A stretch of 64,000 nucleotides of DNA from Patescibacteria group bacterium (GTDB taxonomy: Bacteria; Patescibacteriota; Doudnabacteria; UBA920): positions 3,994-67,993 of the forward strand of contig DAIMCS010000002.1 of assembly GCA_036726225.1 (NCBI GenBank), in the 5' to 3' direction. Below, one piece after another: positions 63,405-64,000 of the stretch. The notes below the pieces were generated by a model. It was not told where the DNA came from. It made no database searches and saw only the letters and a list, made by a program, of their open reading frames with translations. A program made the position numbers and the translations under genes. Within the stretch, counting starts at the first letter, position 1. The number at the start of each line of letters is the position of its first letter.

Positions 63405-63794
63405 ATGCAAAAAAAGATTCCTACAATATTAGTAGTAGAAGACGAAAAAACGCTTTTAAAAACCTGGGCACAAAAATTTAAGCAGGAAGGCCTGGAAGTT
63501 TTAACCGCGCAAGACGGAGAGGCCGCGCTCAAAGTTGCCTTACAGAATCACCCCGACTTGATTGTTTTAGATTTAGTTATGCCCAGCACGGACGGGCTAA
63601 TGTTTATAAAAAAGCTTAGGGAAGACAAATGGGGCAACCGCGTGGCGGTGACCTTTTTAAACAGCTGGAGGGATCCGGAAAGCTTTAGTAAGCAGGAGCC
63701 AAAGGAGTACCATATAGACCAAAATTGGGGCCTGGACCAGGTTGTGCAAAGTATTGCCGGAAAATTGGAAGTAATGAAATTGGGGCTTGCATAA
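63405..63794 (+). CDS. Stand-alone response-regulator receiver (CheY-like)
   Basis: ILVVEDEKTLL...DLIVLDLVMPSTDG. aaggagcgagtgg SD before ATG 63405. Confidence 0.7.
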   Translation: MQKKIPTILVVEDEKTLLKTWAQKFKQEGLEVLTAQDGEAALKVALQNHPDLIVLDLVMPSTDGLMFIKKLREDKWGNRVAVTFLNSWRDPESFSKQEPKEYHIDQNWGLDQVVQSIAGKLEVMKLGLA

Positions 63795-63806
63795 AGAGGA
63801 CAAGTT

Positions 63807-63842
63807 AAAATCCGTCCCGATGTTCAATCGGGACGGATTTTT
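63807..63842 (+). terminator. Rho-independent terminator
   Basis: aaaatccgtcccgatgttcaatcgggacggatttt. A similar gtcccga...tcgggac hairpin also occurs at 2618..2645. Confidence 0.7.
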
Positions 63843-63856
63843 GGTATAATAGGGTT

Positions 63857-64000
63857 ATGAAATCATCCCAAGTCTTACAAATAGGCTGCCATGTTAGTGC
63901 TGCCGGGGGAGTATGGAACGCGCCAAAGAACGCGGCGGATTTAAAATGCGAAACTTTCCAAATTTTTACGCGTCCGCCAATGGGCGGGCCGGCGTCTAAA
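63857..64000 (+). CDS. nfo: Endonuclease IV, N-terminal fragment (runs off the window)
   Basis: MKSSQVLQIGCHVSAAGGVWNAPKNAADLKCETFQIFTRPP matches the Nfo N-terminus. Confidence 0.6.
   Translation, partial: MKSSQVLQIGCHVSAAGGVWNAPKNAADLKCETFQIFTRPPMGGPASK

Noticed and set aside
1-64000. CRISPR array.
   Set aside because: The repeats present (REP-like palindrome, GC-rich palindromic elements, 75-bp element) are irregularly spaced, of different lengths, and mostly in inverted or dispersed arrangements. No regularly spaced direct repeats and no cas genes.

Overview
Low-GC bacterial chromosomal window with short genes and giant surface proteins. This is consistent with, but not proof of, a Patescibacteria/CPR-like genome. 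The two ends are ordinary housekeeping DNA. At the left: two C39-like peptidases, an RsuA/RluB-type pseudouridine synthase, two tRNA-Arg genes, a XerC/D-like recombinase and rpsO. At the right: pnp, a pilin, tgt, glyQS, M24 and M16 peptidases, a response regulator and the start of nfo. The middle of the window, roughly 8-50 kb, is accessory DNA.

Accessory content, in order:
- (a) An IS200/RAYT-type HUH transposase flanked by REP-like palindromes.
- (b) An Rhs/YD-repeat polymorphic toxin locus on the minus strand. It holds a 2654-aa Rhs protein with an overlapping downstream immunity gene, followed by three orphan Rhs C-terminal toxin cassettes. Each cassette has small downstream immunity-like genes and shares a ~1-kb DNA homology block with the main gene.
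- (c) An orphan GAF histidine kinase, a type III PLP decarboxylase, an EamA transporter and tandem TrmB-like regulators.
- (d) A cell-envelope island: an M23 peptidase fused to LamG domains, a Tyr-Pro repeat protein and a 1196-aa Ig/FN3-rich protein that share a DUF11-like C-terminal domain, two HExxH zincins, a TPR protein, and three paralogous Cys-rich repeat proteins of unknown family.

Several small repeat families are visible. GC-rich palindromic elements sit in intergenic DNA and are also inserted in-frame inside the M24 peptidase gene. A ~75-bp two-hairpin element occurs twice. The REP-like palindrome occurs four times.

No CRISPR array, cas genes or recognisable restriction-modification genes were seen. 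All coordinates and functional calls come from reading the sequence and the ORF translations; no database search was run.
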